Assembly: GCA_963764625.1 (NCBI GenBank)
Contig: CAVXTH010000008.1
Location: 64,001-128,000, forward strand
Direction: 5' to 3'
From: Candidatus Krumholzibacteriota bacterium
GTDB taxonomy: Bacteria > Krumholzibacteriota > Krumholzibacteriia > JAJRXK01
Length of the DNA: 64,000 bases
Part shown: positions 8,189 through 25,052 of the stretch, piece by piece
How positions within the stretch are numbered: the stretch's first letter is position 1
How the letters are laid out: every line of letters starts with the position of its first letter
Made by a program: the position numbers and the translations under genes
The notes under the pieces: generated by a model
What the model was told of the DNA's origin: nothing
The model's input: only the letters and a program-made list of their open reading frames with translations
Database searches by the model: none

Positions 8189-10809
8189 CGTCCTTCCTCC
8201 GGGGTCATCCAAAGCGCTGGCTTCTTTTGGTCTATCTCTTTCTCCTCCTCACCTCTCATGTCTACCAGTGGCTTTCCCACTCTCGCTTACCGATTCCACC
8301 CAACTGCTCGCAATTTTCGGCCCACGCCGTGAGAGACACGACGCGCCGGGCCGATCGCCCAGTGTGGCTGGTGTACAAGGATCTTTCGCCCGAGAATGGG
8401 GCCACATCGAAGATCCCGGTTCTCCTCCTTCATGGTTCGCCGGGGAGCCTGCGAGACTTTGAAGAGCTGGAGAAGCTGCTAGCCAGGGACCGGCGGGTGA
8501 TTGCACCCAGCTTTCCGGGATTTGGGCGCTCGCAACGAGACGTTCCCGACTATTCCACCCGAGCCGATGCCGACTATTGCCTTCAGCTGCTCGATGGGCT
8601 GGGGATACAGCGCGTCCATCTGGTGGCGTTCTCCATGGGGGGAGGAGTCGCGCTCAATTTCTACGATCGCGCCCCCCGGCGCGCGGCCTCGCTTTCGATG
8701 GTGGGATCGATCGGAGTCCAAGAACTCGAGCTCTTGGGAAACTACGAGCTCAATCACATCATCCATGGAATCCAGCTCGTGTTCCTCTGGGGACTGGAGG
8801 AATTGACGCCGCACTTCGGATGGTTCGACGACAACGTGTTGAGCGTGGCCTACGCCAGGAATTTCTTCGACACCGACCAACGTCCGTTCCGCGGGATCCT
8901 TCGCCGCTTTCAGCCCCCGGTTCTCATCATTCACGCCCGGAACGATTCGCTGGTGCCCTTTGCCGCGGCCCGCGAACATCACCGGCTGGTACCGCAGAGC
9001 GAACTCGACGTCTTTCCGTCCGGGAATCACTTCATTCTGTGGAGCGCGGGTCAACGCATTGCCTCCGACCTGGACCGATTCTTCGACGAGGTCGAAGCCG
9101 GCAAGGCCCTCACCCGCAAGCTCGCCACTCCCGAGCGAATCGCGGCCGCCGCAGAGCCCTTCTCGAAAGTGGAAGTGCAGCCGGCAGAGGGGCTGTCGTT
9201 GTTCATCCTTCTCTTGCTCATTGTGATCGGCACGTTCATCACCGAAGACATCACCTGCATTACCACCGGACTCTTGATCGCTCACGGACGACTGCCGCTG
9301 GCGGCCGGGTTCTCGGCCTGCTTTCTGGGCATCTACCTGGGGGATCAGCTTCTCTATCTCGCGGGTCGAGTACTCGGGCGTTCGGCGGTACACCGCGCAC
9401 CCTGGAAGTGGATCGTCCACGAGGAGGATCTACGTCTGGCGGCAAGCTGGTTCGAGCGCCGGGGCATGATGGTGATCCTTTTGAGCCGCTTCATTCCCGG
9501 CACGAGACTCCCCACCTATCTTTTGGCGGGAGCAGTGCGCGCGCGCTACTGGCTCTTCGCTCTCTATTTTTTTGTCGCGGTGGCTCTGTGGACCCCATTG
9601 CTGTTGGGACTCACCCTGGTCATCGGCGAACGGGCCACGCCCCTGTGGGCTCAATTCGAGCACAATGCGTTCTGGGTGCTCGTGTTGACCTTGCTGACCG
9701 TGATGGTGTTCCTGCGGGGAGTCATTCCAGCCTTCACCCACCGCGGCCGGCGACTTCTGCTGGGACGTTGGCGTCGTCTTACTCGATCGGAGTTCTGGCC
9801 TCCGTGGGCCATCTATCCGCCGGTCGCGCTCAAGATTCTCGCGCTCAGCGTCCACAGAGGAGGATTCACGCGCGTCACCGCGGTGAATCCGGCCATCCAC
9901 CTGGGTGGTCTGGTGGGAGAGAGCAAGGGGAAGATTCTGCGTGGGCTCTCCCAAAGCGCCGAGTACGTGGCCACCACGCGCGCTCTTTTCCACTCGCTCA
10001 CTCGCGAGCAATTGCTGGAGCAGGCACGCGCGTTCATGGCGGAGGAGGCACTGGACTTCCCCATCGTTCTCAAGCCCGACCGCGGGCAGCGGGGTCGGCA
10101 CGTGTTCATCGTGCGGTCTTTGGAGGAACTCGATGAGAGGCTCACCGAGGCGAGCGCTTCCTCGAAGAGAGAGGATCTCTTGCTCCAGGAGTACGTGGCC
10201 GGACCGGAATACGGGGTGTTCTACCGGCGCTTCCCGGGACAGGAACACGGGGAAGTCCTCTCGATCACCGAAAAGCGAATGCCACGGTTGGACGGGGACG
10301 GCAAGCGCCGGCTCGAGGAACTCATCCTCGATGACAAGAGAGCGGTGTGCATGGCACGGGCGTATATGACCGGTCTCGCCGACCGGCTCTTCGAGGTCAT
10401 TCCCGCCGGGGAATCGATTCAACTCGTCGAGCTGGGATCGCACTGCCGGGGCGCGATCTTCCTCGATGGAGGGCACTTACTGAGCCGCGAGCTGCAAGAG
10501 CGTATCGATCTCATCGCACGGCGCTTCGAGGGCTTCTACTTCGGGCGTTTCGATCTCCGCGCAGAGAGCGAGGAGGCCCTGCGAGAAGGCCGGGATTTCA
10601 AGATCCTCGAGCTCAACGGACTCACGGGGGAAGCCACCCACTTCTATGATCCCCGGTATTCCGTGCTGGAAGCCTGGCGGGTATTGACGCGTCAGTGGGC
10701 CGATGCCTTCGCCATCGCCGATGCGAACATCGCGCGTGGCGCACGACCGGCCAGCCGCGGCATGGTCATCCGTGAGCTGCTTTGGTTCTTGGCACACCGC
10801 CGCGACTAG
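8185..10809 (+). CDS. Fusion protein: alpha/beta hydrolase + DedA/VTT membrane domain + ATP-grasp-like domain
   Basis: HGSPGS, AFSMGG, NDSLVP and GNH (hydrolase); GTFITED, GDQLLY and SRFIPGTR (DedA); VLKPDRGQRG, LLQEYV, FYFGRFD and ILELNG (ATP-grasp). Confidence 0.85.
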   Translation: MTSFLRGHPKRWLLLVYLFLLLTSHVYQWLSHSRLPIPPNCSQFSAHAVRDTTRRADRPVWLVYKDLSPENGATSKIPVLLLHGSPGSLRDFEELEKLLARDRRVIAPSFPGFGRSQRDVPDYSTRADADYCLQLLDGLGIQRVHLVAFSMGGGVALNFYDRAPRRAASLSMVGSIGVQELELLGNYELNHIIHGIQLVFLWGLEELTPHFGWFDDNVLSVAYARNFFDTDQRPFRGILRRFQPPVLIIHARNDSLVPFAAAREHHRLVPQSELDVFPSGNHFILWSAGQRIASDLDRFFDEVEAGKALTRKLATPERIAAAAEPFSKVEVQPAEGLSLFILLLLIVIGTFITEDITCITTGLLIAHGRLPLAAGFSACFLGIYLGDQLLYLAGRVLGRSAVHRAPWKWIVHEEDLRLAASWFERRGMMVILLSRFIPGTRLPTYLLAGAVRARYWLFALYFFVAVALWTPLLLGLTLVIGERATPLWAQFEHNAFWVLVLTLLTVMVFLRGVIPAFTHRGRRLLLGRWRRLTRSEFWPPWAIYPPVALKILALSVHRGGFTRVTAVNPAIHLGGLVGESKGKILRGLSQSAEYVATTRALFHSLTREQLLEQARAFMAEEALDFPIVLKPDRGQRGRHVFIVRSLEELDERLTEASASSKREDLLLQEYVAGPEYGVFYRRFPGQEHGEVLSITEKRMPRLDGDGKRRLEELILDDKRAVCMARAYMTGLADRLFEVIPAGESIQLVELGSHCRGAIFLDGGHLLSRELQERIDLIARRFEGFYFGRFDLRAESEEALREGRDFKILELNGLTGEATHFYDPRYSVLEAWRVLTRQWADAFAIADANIARGARPASRGMVIRELLWFLAHRRD

Positions 10810-12071
10810 TGATCCGACGCGAGCGAGCGATCAAAGCCCAACAGAATGATTTCGTTGTCGTCCGCTATGCCCTCTCGTTCGTGTCGACCGACGCTTTGGG
10901 GAAAGTTGTTGTCGTTGCACACGGCCAGAGTGTGATCATCGATCTTGGCGATTCCTTCGAGCGTGATGAAGGGCATGGCGAGAGTGCCATCGATCCGACT
11001 CCCCTCGACCCCGGCCGCGATCTCCATGGGGTCGGGAATGCGCAAGAGATCCGCCAGCTCGCTCTTGCGCAGGATGCCACGCGTCTTTTGGTCGAGATGT
11101 ACGAGGTAGATCTTCTTGAACCGCGCGGCCGATCCCTGCTCGTTGTCCCGCTCGAGAACCACCACGATGTTTGGGGCGATCACTGCCAGCGCTCCGATGT
11201 AGTGGCCGTGTTCTGACTGGAGGGGATAGTATTCAAACGGCGGATCCCCCACGAACTTCTCCTCGGCAGGATCGAAGCGGTAGAGTCGTAGAGTTCCCGG
11301 AGGATCATTCGCCGCGGTTTTCTCGAGCAGACCGTAGAGCACCTTGCCATCGGGGGAACCGCCCAATCCTTCGAAGCCTCCACTCGAAGGATGGTTGGCC
11401 GCATCTCCCTTCAAGAATGGGTTCTCCGGAGCTGTCACCCCCGGAGTCGGGACCGGAGCCGAGAGGAGCTCGCCCTTAGCATCCAGGTGCAAAAGAAAAG
11501 GCCCGAACTCATCGCCGACCCAGAAGCTACCGTCGGGTACCGCCACCAGCCCCTCCGGGTCGAAGTCGGCTCCGGTGAGCAAACGTCGAGCTTTGATCCG
11601 CGAATCGACGGGGTCGCTCGTTCCGGGGTAGGTCTCTCTCTCGGCAACCAACTCGAATCCGGCACGGCGGTGGGGATCGCTCAGTTCGATGACTTCCTCC
11701 ACCGAGATCGTGCCGTTCTCAAAATCCGGTCGCACATGGTAGAGCGCCAAGACGAAATCCACCGAATTCTCGCGGGTTCCAAAGCCGTTGTCGCTGAGAG
11801 CCCAGAATCCGCCTTGGGGAGCGATCTCGAGGTCCGAGAAACCCTGGACCGGCTGCTTGTCGACAAAGGGTGTGGTGATTTTGTTCTGGGAGGGGATCTT
11901 TCGCCCGCTCGTCGGGCCATCACGAAATGTGCTCGCATTCAGTACTGCACGCCCGGCCAAATGATAGGGCGGCACTTGGCCGGCGCCTTCCGGCTGGGCC
12001 TCACTCGTAGCTCTACAAAGGCTCAAAGCCGACAGGACAAGCAGAAGAACTGAAGACCGCTGCAACCGCAC
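10806..12071 (-). CDS. Secreted phytase-like esterase family (beta-propeller) protein
   Basis: Signal peptide; QPVQGFS, LSDNGFG, DFDPEG, GDEFGP, GFEG and NDNNFP. Confidence 0.85.
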   Translation of the reverse strand: MRLQRSSVLLLVLSALSLCRATSEAQPEGAGQVPPYHLAGRAVLNASTFRDGPTSGRKIPSQNKITTPFVDKQPVQGFSDLEIAPQGGFWALSDNGFGTRENSVDFVLALYHVRPDFENGTISVEEVIELSDPHRRAGFELVAERETYPGTSDPVDSRIKARRLLTGADFDPEGLVAVPDGSFWVGDEFGPFLLHLDAKGELLSAPVPTPGVTAPENPFLKGDAANHPSSGGFEGLGGSPDGKVLYGLLEKTAANDPPGTLRLYRFDPAEEKFVGDPPFEYYPLQSEHGHYIGALAVIAPNIVVVLERDNEQGSAARFKKIYLVHLDQKTRGILRKSELADLLRIPDPMEIAAGVEGSRIDGTLAMPFITLEGIAKIDDHTLAVCNDNNFPQSVGRHEREGIADDNEIILLGFDRSLASDH

Positions 12072-12221
12072 GTTCGCCTCCCGGACAGAACGCTGCGAGA
12101 GTAAGCAAATTCGCGTAACGCGACAAGACTGCCCGAAACCAGACCCTCGGCCGGATGGAAGCTCGACTCCATGCCATCGGCCTCTTACACTTCTTTGTAA
12201 TCTTCAACGAAAGGCCCGACC

Positions 12222-17650
<5,429 letters not shown>

Positions 17651-17704
17651 CGGCGCGCCAAGAAAACGCGAAGGAACCAAGCCGTTGCTCCGCGCTCGTT
17701 CAAT

Positions 17705-20002
17705 CTAGGGAGTTAGACTGCAACCCTGCCCCAATGCCCCGATCTGCACCGCGCAACTATTGTTGCCCGGCAGAAGGGGCGAGCTCGAGTTCACGGTGTA
17801 GACGTCATTGTCCGGATCACAGAATTGCGGATCTTCCGAGAAGCTTCCCGCGCCAGGATCCGTGCCGGGTCCATATTCGAGCGACCCGTTGGACCAGAAG
17901 TCGTTGCAGGACAACTCGACGAAGTTCAAGTCGTTGCCGGTAAGGCCCGCGGGGGAATTGAACGCGACCACGCTCTCGGTCAGACTCATGACTCCGGAAC
18001 GGTGACCGATCGCGGCCGATCCGCCGCTGTTTTTGGTAATGGTGCATCCCACGAGCGTCAGTGATCCGCCGGGTAGGTCCTGTCGGCTGTACACGGCGGC
18101 AGGCGCGAACTGGGTGGGAGACCTGAGACTATTGTGCGCCATGACACAGTTCTCGATCCTGAGGTTCTTGGTCAGGTCCCGGGCGTAGATAGCTCCGGCC
18201 GAGGAGGATTGGTTTCGCAGGAACGAGCAATCGGAAATCACGAGGTCCTCGGCCAAATCGATCATGTAGAGCGCGCCGGCGAGGACTCCGAAATTGTCCT
18301 GCAAGACGACGCCCTGAAGCTCGAGAGTCGACTCGTTGCAATAGATGGCCCCGGCATCGCCGACGATGCCCGATCCCCCGATGTTCCCACTAAACACGGA
18401 TCCATCGGCGAAGCGCGCATGTCCTTCATAGAGATACAACCCGCCGGCTCCGCTCTGCCCGTTGTTGCCGGCAATGGTGGTATTGGTTCCTTCGAAGCTG
18501 CCGCCGTTACGAATGACCATTCCTCCGCCGGTGAGCAAGGCCAAATTTGTCTGGACCTGAAGATTCACCGCGACCGCGCTGGCGCCATCGAGCAGCAATC
18601 CCGCCCCCACCGAACTCACTTCGTTGTCGTGGATACTCGCTCCATCGACGCTGAGCGAGCTCGCGCCGTCGAACAGGGCCACCCCACCCCCGCTGACCGC
18701 GGTATTGCTACTGATCTCGGTGTCGGAATCGAGCGTCACGCTCGCTCCCATCGACGCCTTCAACCCCCCTCCGTTGGGCTCTTGGGGATCGTTTTCCAAC
18801 TCCCGACTGACCCAGTCCTTCGCATTCTCCGTCACGAGAGTTCCACTCAACTGGAGGTTCAATCCGTCACCCGCCGCGAGGATTCCATTTCTAAAAGAAG
18901 AGGAGACCTCGCACGATTCCATGCGGAAGACGTGGTCCCCGCCGGTGGATTCCGCGAAGATCCCGAACCCGTCAGTGTCGTCCTCGGTGCTGCGTTTCGT
19001 GCTGACGATTTGGCTGGAAACCAGAGAGTCCGTGGAATCGGTGCTCCAAACTCCATAGTGAATGTTGGAACCCACGGTCACGTCTTGCAGGCGAAGGGTT
19101 CCCCCGATGGTTCGGATCCCTCCCAGGCCGTTGCGAAGAACCTGATAGCTTCTGAGTTCGAGGCGACTGTCGTTGACCACCGCCCCCCACTCGGTTCCAT
19201 CTCTGATTTCGGAGAGCGTGGTGATACCTTCTCCAGAAAGTGCGAGATTGCTTCCCGACTCCAGCCAAATGCCCGCCGCGACATTGGTGTAGAATCCCGT
19301 ACGTTGCACGCTCCCGCTCGCGCCATCGGTAAGGGCTAGCCCCACCTGGTTGTCTTCGAAAAATATCGAAGCCGCGCTCAGCACCGACCCCTGGCACCAA
19401 AGACCCGCCGTCATGGCCGCCGGAGTCATTCCGTCCTGACTCAGACCGTTGCGCCGGAAGAAGCACTGCCACAGCACAACCTCGCCACCGGCGGGTACCT
19501 TGGCCGGTCCGCCGCCGACACGCACTCCGAAGCTGGCGTTGTCCATAATATCGCACTTGCGCATCACCAGCGGCACCGCCGAGGTTTCGACGATCATGCC
19601 CTCGCGCGCCCCATTGAAGCCGAAGCCCTCGAAGATCAGACTGTCGGAGGCGCTGAAGCTACCCGAAACCTGGACCACCACCGAGGTCGAGTCGGAACCA
19701 TTGGTGAGGATCGTGTGTTCCTTCCCGGCGCTGGAGAGGAAGTGGAGGGGTTTGTCGATGACGAGGGTTCCGTCGTATTGGCCCGGGAGAACAACGATGA
19801 TGTAACCGGCTTGCGCCTGCGCTACTGCCTGGGACAAAGGAGCCATCGTTCCCATGCTGTCAGGATAAACCGTGAGGTCGCCCTGTGGAATCACGTTCGG
19901 CAACGGATCGGTCGTGCCGCCATCCTGAGATGAGCAGCCAGCAACCGCCATCACGAACGCGAACAGCAAGATGGAAACCCATGATTGTACCGCTGTCTTC
20001 AT
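17705..20002 (-). CDS. Right-handed parallel beta-helix repeat lipoprotein
   Basis: Lipobox VAGC; repeated N.A..GGG / GAIY strands; C-terminal DPQFCD...SPLLPGN..C...IGA.GQGC cap. Confidence 0.82.
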   Translation of the reverse strand: MKTAVQSWVSILLFAFVMAVAGCSSQDGGTTDPLPNVIPQGDLTVYPDSMGTMAPLSQAVAQAQAGYIIVVLPGQYDGTLVIDKPLHFLSSAGKEHTILTNGSDSTSVVVQVSGSFSASDSLIFEGFGFNGAREGMIVETSAVPLVMRKCDIMDNASFGVRVGGGPAKVPAGGEVVLWQCFFRRNGLSQDGMTPAAMTAGLWCQGSVLSAASIFFEDNQVGLALTDGASGSVQRTGFYTNVAAGIWLESGSNLALSGEGITTLSEIRDGTEWGAVVNDSRLELRSYQVLRNGLGGIRTIGGTLRLQDVTVGSNIHYGVWSTDSTDSLVSSQIVSTKRSTEDDTDGFGIFAESTGGDHVFRMESCEVSSSFRNGILAAGDGLNLQLSGTLVTENAKDWVSRELENDPQEPNGGGLKASMGASVTLDSDTEISSNTAVSGGGVALFDGASSLSVDGASIHDNEVSSVGAGLLLDGASAVAVNLQVQTNLALLTGGGMVIRNGGSFEGTNTTIAGNNGQSGAGGLYLYEGHARFADGSVFSGNIGGSGIVGDAGAIYCNESTLELQGVVLQDNFGVLAGALYMIDLAEDLVISDCSFLRNQSSSAGAIYARDLTKNLRIENCVMAHNSLRSPTQFAPAAVYSRQDLPGGSLTLVGCTITKNSGGSAAIGHRSGVMSLTESVVAFNSPAGLTGNDLNFVELSCNDFWSNGSLEYGPGTDPGAGSFSEDPQFCDPDNDVYTVNSSSPLLPGNNSCAVQIGALGQGCSLTP

Positions 20003-20060
20003 CGAACCACTCCTGAATACGATCGTTGACACTTTGGATCGTTCCACTACTTCACCGAAA

Positions 20061-23000
20061 CTACTTCACCAGGACCATCTTGCGTTGGCCTGCGACTTCA
20101 CCATTGACCACCAGGCGATAGAGGTACACGCCGGCTGACACCACTCCCCCGTCATCATCGCGTCCGTTCCATACGGCCCGCTGAGAACCGGGCGGCAGCT
20201 TTTCGTTCACCAACGACGCCACTTTGCGCCCCCGGACATCGAAGACGCTCAACTGAACGGCCCCGCCCACTGGAAGATCGTAACGAATCACCGTCTTGGG
20301 ATTGAACGGATTGGGATAATTCTGAGCGAGAAGCGGAGCGACGGTGGGAGGGATCGAGGGAGCGTCCGTCGCCTGCTGCTTCGCAACCGACCCGTCGCGC
20401 AGGAAGAACACATTCACCAGTGCATTCGTCTGATCGATGATCGCCAGGTCCAACTTCCCGTCGCGGGAAACGTCTCCAATGGCGACGTCGGTGGCGAGAT
20501 CTCCCGCCAGATAGAGCGCCGCGTCGCCGAAGGTGCCATCACCGACACCGTCCCGCACCGATACCCCGCCCCACGCCGAGATCACGGTGATCAGATCGAG
20601 GTGCGTGTCGTTCGTGAGATCCGCCAGATAGACCTTCTTGGGCAGCAAGGGATATCCGGTGACTCGGCGGCCGGCCGCGTAGGTCGAACCCTCTTGAAAA
20701 GTGCCATCTCCGTTGCCAAGGTAGATGACCACGTCCTCCTGGCTTGCGCGCACGATCGCAATATCGTCGAAGTTGTCTTCATTCATGTCGCCACACGCCA
20801 CCGCCACCGGTTGGCCGTCGACCTGGAACACGTTGCTGACCGGCCGATCGGTACTAACGAAACTGTGATTCGGATCGTTGAGGAAGATGTTCACGTCGCC
20901 CGTCGCGCTGTTGATCGAAACCAGATCGGCTTCCCCGTCAGCATTGAAATCGCCCACCGCAATCGCTCCGGCGCCGGGAACACCGCCTCGGCCGCCTTTG
21001 TAGGCAAACGCGCGTCCCGCGCCAACCGCCTGCGTGGAATCATCCGGCGCTCCGACGACCCAGTCGCTATAGCCATCCTGGTTGAGATCCCCGCCTCCGG
21101 CGATCACCGCGCCGAAACTGGCTCCGGGGATCTTCCCCGAGGCGATGGTAACCGTGCCGCTGACGTTGGTCGATCCGCCAGCGAGCAGATAAACGCGCCC
21201 GTACTCGTTGCGTTCTGGACTGCCGACGAGCTGGAACTGATAGCCCGGAGTCCCGATCAGAACATCGTTGCGGTCGCTCTCCTTGGGATGTCCAGCTGCG
21301 GCCACGCTCGTACCGAAGAGAGCGTTCGTCTGGGGGCCGCTGATTTGGATACTCGCGGTGCCAACCGCCGCAGGCCCACCGAAGTAGAAGAGGACAGCCC
21401 CAAAGTTTTGCCCTCCGGGCGAATCGTATCGGGGGGCACCGGCCGCGATGTCATCGATGCCGTCTCCGTTGTAGTCCCCGATTCCCGCCACGGATGCCCC
21501 CAGCCCCGCGGTGGCGGACGGCCCGTCTCCCGCGAGGAACGGAATGTTGCTCGAGCTCCCGCCGGCAAAGACGTAGACCCTGCCGGCTTGGATCTGGGTC
21601 TCCCCGTGGTGCGGAGCCCCGACGACCAGGTCCTCAATACCGTCCGCACTGAAGTCCCCCGCCGCGCCAACACTGGCGCCAAATTGATCTCCGGCCGCCT
21701 CACCATCCAGGACGAGATCGGCGGACCCGTCGAAGCCGCCCCCGTAGAAGAGGTAGCAACGTCCCGCGTCGGCCCCGACTCCGTCGTAACTCGGAGAACC
21801 GGTGACCCAATCGTCGATGCCGTCGTCGTTGTAATCCAATCCCGATGCAAGACTGGATCCCATGGCCTCGCCGTCTTGTGAGCCACCGACGGAGAGATCG
21901 GGAGTGACGTCCTCGTTACCGCGATAGAGATAGACCATACCCCCATTTGGCGCGCCGCTGTTGTTGTCCGGCGCGCCGATGAGAATGTCATCGTTGCCGT
22001 CGTTATCGATATCTCCAAAGGCAACCGCGGCTCCAAACCTCTCGCCGGCCTGAGGACCGACGAAGGTCAGGTCCGCAATCGAATCCAGCACCGCCGCGCC
22101 ATAGTAGAGGCGCACCGTGTTCTCGCCGGGAAAGCCCACGAGCACATCGCTGAAGCCGTCGTTGTTCGCATCACCGATGGCGACCGAACGTCCAGCTTCG
22201 GCCGAAGGGACTCCGTTGGAGTAGCCTGCGTCGCTGTCTCCGTTCACATCTGTTTGATCGATCGCGAGCTGAATGTCCTTCCTGTAGCTTCCGGTAGTGA
22301 CGGTCGGGCCCATCATCATGCGGATGAGGTCCAGCCGTCCGACATCAGAGCTGAAACTGATGATGTCATCCACTCCGTCGCGATCGAAATCAGCCACGAC
22401 GACGTCACGAGGCTTTTGTACCTGAAGACGAACTGGGATGGCGAGAAGCGAATTATTCGCCGGATCGGGACCGAAAATGCTCACGAAATTGCTGGCGGAG
22501 TTCACGGCAACGACCGAAGGAAGCTGGTTCGTCGTGAAGTGACCCAATGCCATCGCTTCGGGCACCACGTTGGTGTTTCCCGAATACGTAGTGTCGTTGA
22601 ACCAGACCGGACCGGGTCGACCCTTGCGTACGGTGACGGCGCTCGCGTTGACGTCCAGGGTCAGGAGGTCCATGTAGCTGTCGCCGTTGAGATCGGCCAG
22701 GAGAGCCCGAATGGGTTTCGGGCCCGTGCTAAAGCGCAAAGGCGAGAAGCCCCCGGCGGCAGCGCCGCTCGTACCCAAGCCGTTGAGAATCACGATGCCG
22801 TGACTCCAGTGCGCGGCCACCGCGATGTCGGCGAACCCGTCGCCGTCGATCTGAGCGGGAACAACCCGCATCGGGCGGAATCCCGCGAAATAGAGCGATT
22901 GGTTGCCGTAGGTTCCCACACTGTTGCCGACACTCACTCCCACCTGATTCTTCGCCTCGAGGGCGTACACGAGATCGAGGTTAGTGTCGGGGGTCATGAT

Positions 23001-23946
23001 TCGCGAAAGCGACCGAACGCGGTGAACCGGCAGCCGCGATCTGGGTCGTGAAGCCGAACAGACTGCCGTTGCCCTGGGCCTGGGCCGTGGTTTCCAGGAT
23101 GGTGATCTTGTTGGCGTAGTAGTTCGCAAAGGCCAGATCGTCGATTCCATCCACAAGCGCGCCCGCCGAGGCGGCAACTGGACGCGGACCGCTGTTCAGA
23201 GTGCCCTTCAGCGTAAAGCCGCCGCCATTTTGACCCAGGTAGAGAGTGGCATTGTCGGAGAGGAAGTTCGCCGTGACCAGATCCACCACGCCGTCGTTGT
23301 TGAAATCACCCGTGACCAGATCGATGGGGCGCGATCCCGCGTCGAGAACCTCGTTTCCCAAGAATCCTCCAGCCCCGTCGCCGTAGAATACGCTCACGTT
23401 GTCCGACCAGTAGTTGGCAGCTGCAATGTCGTCGTGTCCATCGCCATTGAGGTCCTCGAAGAGCACCGCCACCGGGTATTGCCAGACTCCAGGCGCCGGA
23501 CCGGGAAAAAACGTCCCGTCGGGAGTGCCGCCGGGAGTCCCCGCCAACCAAATGGAGACCCGTCCCGCGGCGGCCTCGGTCACCACGAGGTCGGTGGCCG
23601 AATCACCGTTGAAGTTTCCCGTCGCAATGTCCCAGGGTTCTTCGCCTACGGTGAAGGTCGATGCCTCGTGGAAGGTGCCGTCGCCCGCGCCCCCGACGGT
23701 GTTGGCGAGGAGAATGGAAACCGTGTGCTCCGCGTAATTCACGACCGCAAAATCGGAAACTCCGTCGGCGTTGAAATCTCCCACCGCCATTGCATCGGGG
23801 TTGAGTCCGGTCGGGATCAAGGCGCCGGAATACAGAGCACCCGCGCGGAGAGGACGCACGTAAAGGAGAAGGGAAAAGAGGGCGATCAGAAGGAGCAGGG
23901 CGTGAGGGAAGCGGCCCGTTCTCCTTTCACTAGAACTCGCGAACAT
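20061..23946 (-). CDS. Large secreted FG-GAP/VCBS repeat protein with a C-terminal FlgD-Ig / T9SS-CTD-like domain; split by a frameshift at G5 22989-22993
   Basis: Many GDFNxDGxxD and VGAP...GRVY repeats; QNYPNPFNP...AGVYLYRL C-terminus. Deleting one base joins the two ORFs as ANHDPDTNLDLV. Confidence 0.85.
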
Positions 23947-24207
23947 TCTGGCCTCCGAGGCGATCGAGGGCTGCGCTCCATCGCGGGGATTGCGGATGGG
24001 AGAGATCATCGAGATGCCGCACGCTCTGGACCTGAGTCAGCGCCGTTTTCGACGCCGGCCCGGCGCGCCTGCGTTGAATCCTATGAGCGGCGGTCAAAGG
24101 TACACCATCGCACGCCCGGTCTCAACTCGGCAAAGATACGGATCTGCCCCCCCGAAAGGCCAGGACCGGGGCGGGAAAAGCCCTGCGGATTCATTCGGTG
24201 CGGGAGT

Positions 24208-24943
24208 TCAGTGGAGGGGACAACCGTGCGAGTCGACCGGGGTTCCCAGCGGGGTGTCGGGGCACTCGTCGAGGCCCTCGAAGACCCCGTCGCCGTCCAG
24301 GTCGGAGGGGCAGCCGTGTTCGTCGACCACGGCGCCCAGCGGAGTATCCGGACAGACATCCAGACTATCACTCACGCCGTCTCCATCTTGGTCCTCAGTT
24401 GAGCCGAAAATAAAGCGTAAACCAGTAGAAATGAAAACCTGCTGGGAGAGAAATCCGCGGAAGTGCGCGAATTCGTCCTTGAATTCCACGAAGACTCCGG
24501 TGTTTTGGTTCAGGTTATAGAGACCGCCGATGGCCAGTCCTACACCGAGAGAACGCTCCGTCTCGTGCGCCAGAATGAGCGAAGCTAGACCGCTCGAAAC
24601 TGACAAATAAGGCGAAAACTTCTGCATTGGCTGAAGAGAGAAGCTCGCCCCGAGACCCAGGTAGTAGTAGCGGCTGGTCGCACTCAGCCCGAGGCTTTTG
24701 TCCGAGCTGGGAACGTAATCCAACTGGAACTCCAGACCCCACAGGGCCGAGGGATGGTAGCCGGCGCGGCCGACCACGAGCAGGTTGTTCTGGATGCCGA
24801 GCCATTGCTCGAATAAGCCTCCACCCACGCCGCCGGCCACTTCCATGTGCGGGCCATCGAGCTGCGCCCGGGCCGGGACCGCATAGAGTCCCAGGCCCAG
24901 CAAGCAGCAGCCCAGCGCGATCGCTCCCAGCGATCTCGCGCAT
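24208..24943 (-). CDS. Outer-membrane beta-barrel protein with two thrombospondin type-3-like (DxDGDGV...CPDTP) repeats; probable 1-nt indel just after the ATG at 24943
   Basis: Signal-like SLGAIALGCCLLGLGLYAVPARA is in frame with the mature part; amphipathic beta strands end in TGLRFIFG; no OmpA C-terminal domain follows. Confidence 0.7.
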
Positions 24944-25052
24944 CCTGAATTCCTGCAGGGTTTCAGCGCCTAATTCCTTTTCCCGGCGAACCGGTGAGAA
25001 CGAGCTCTCCCCTCTTGGGGCTGATGGGGTGAAAGAAGAATAGTCTGAAGCG

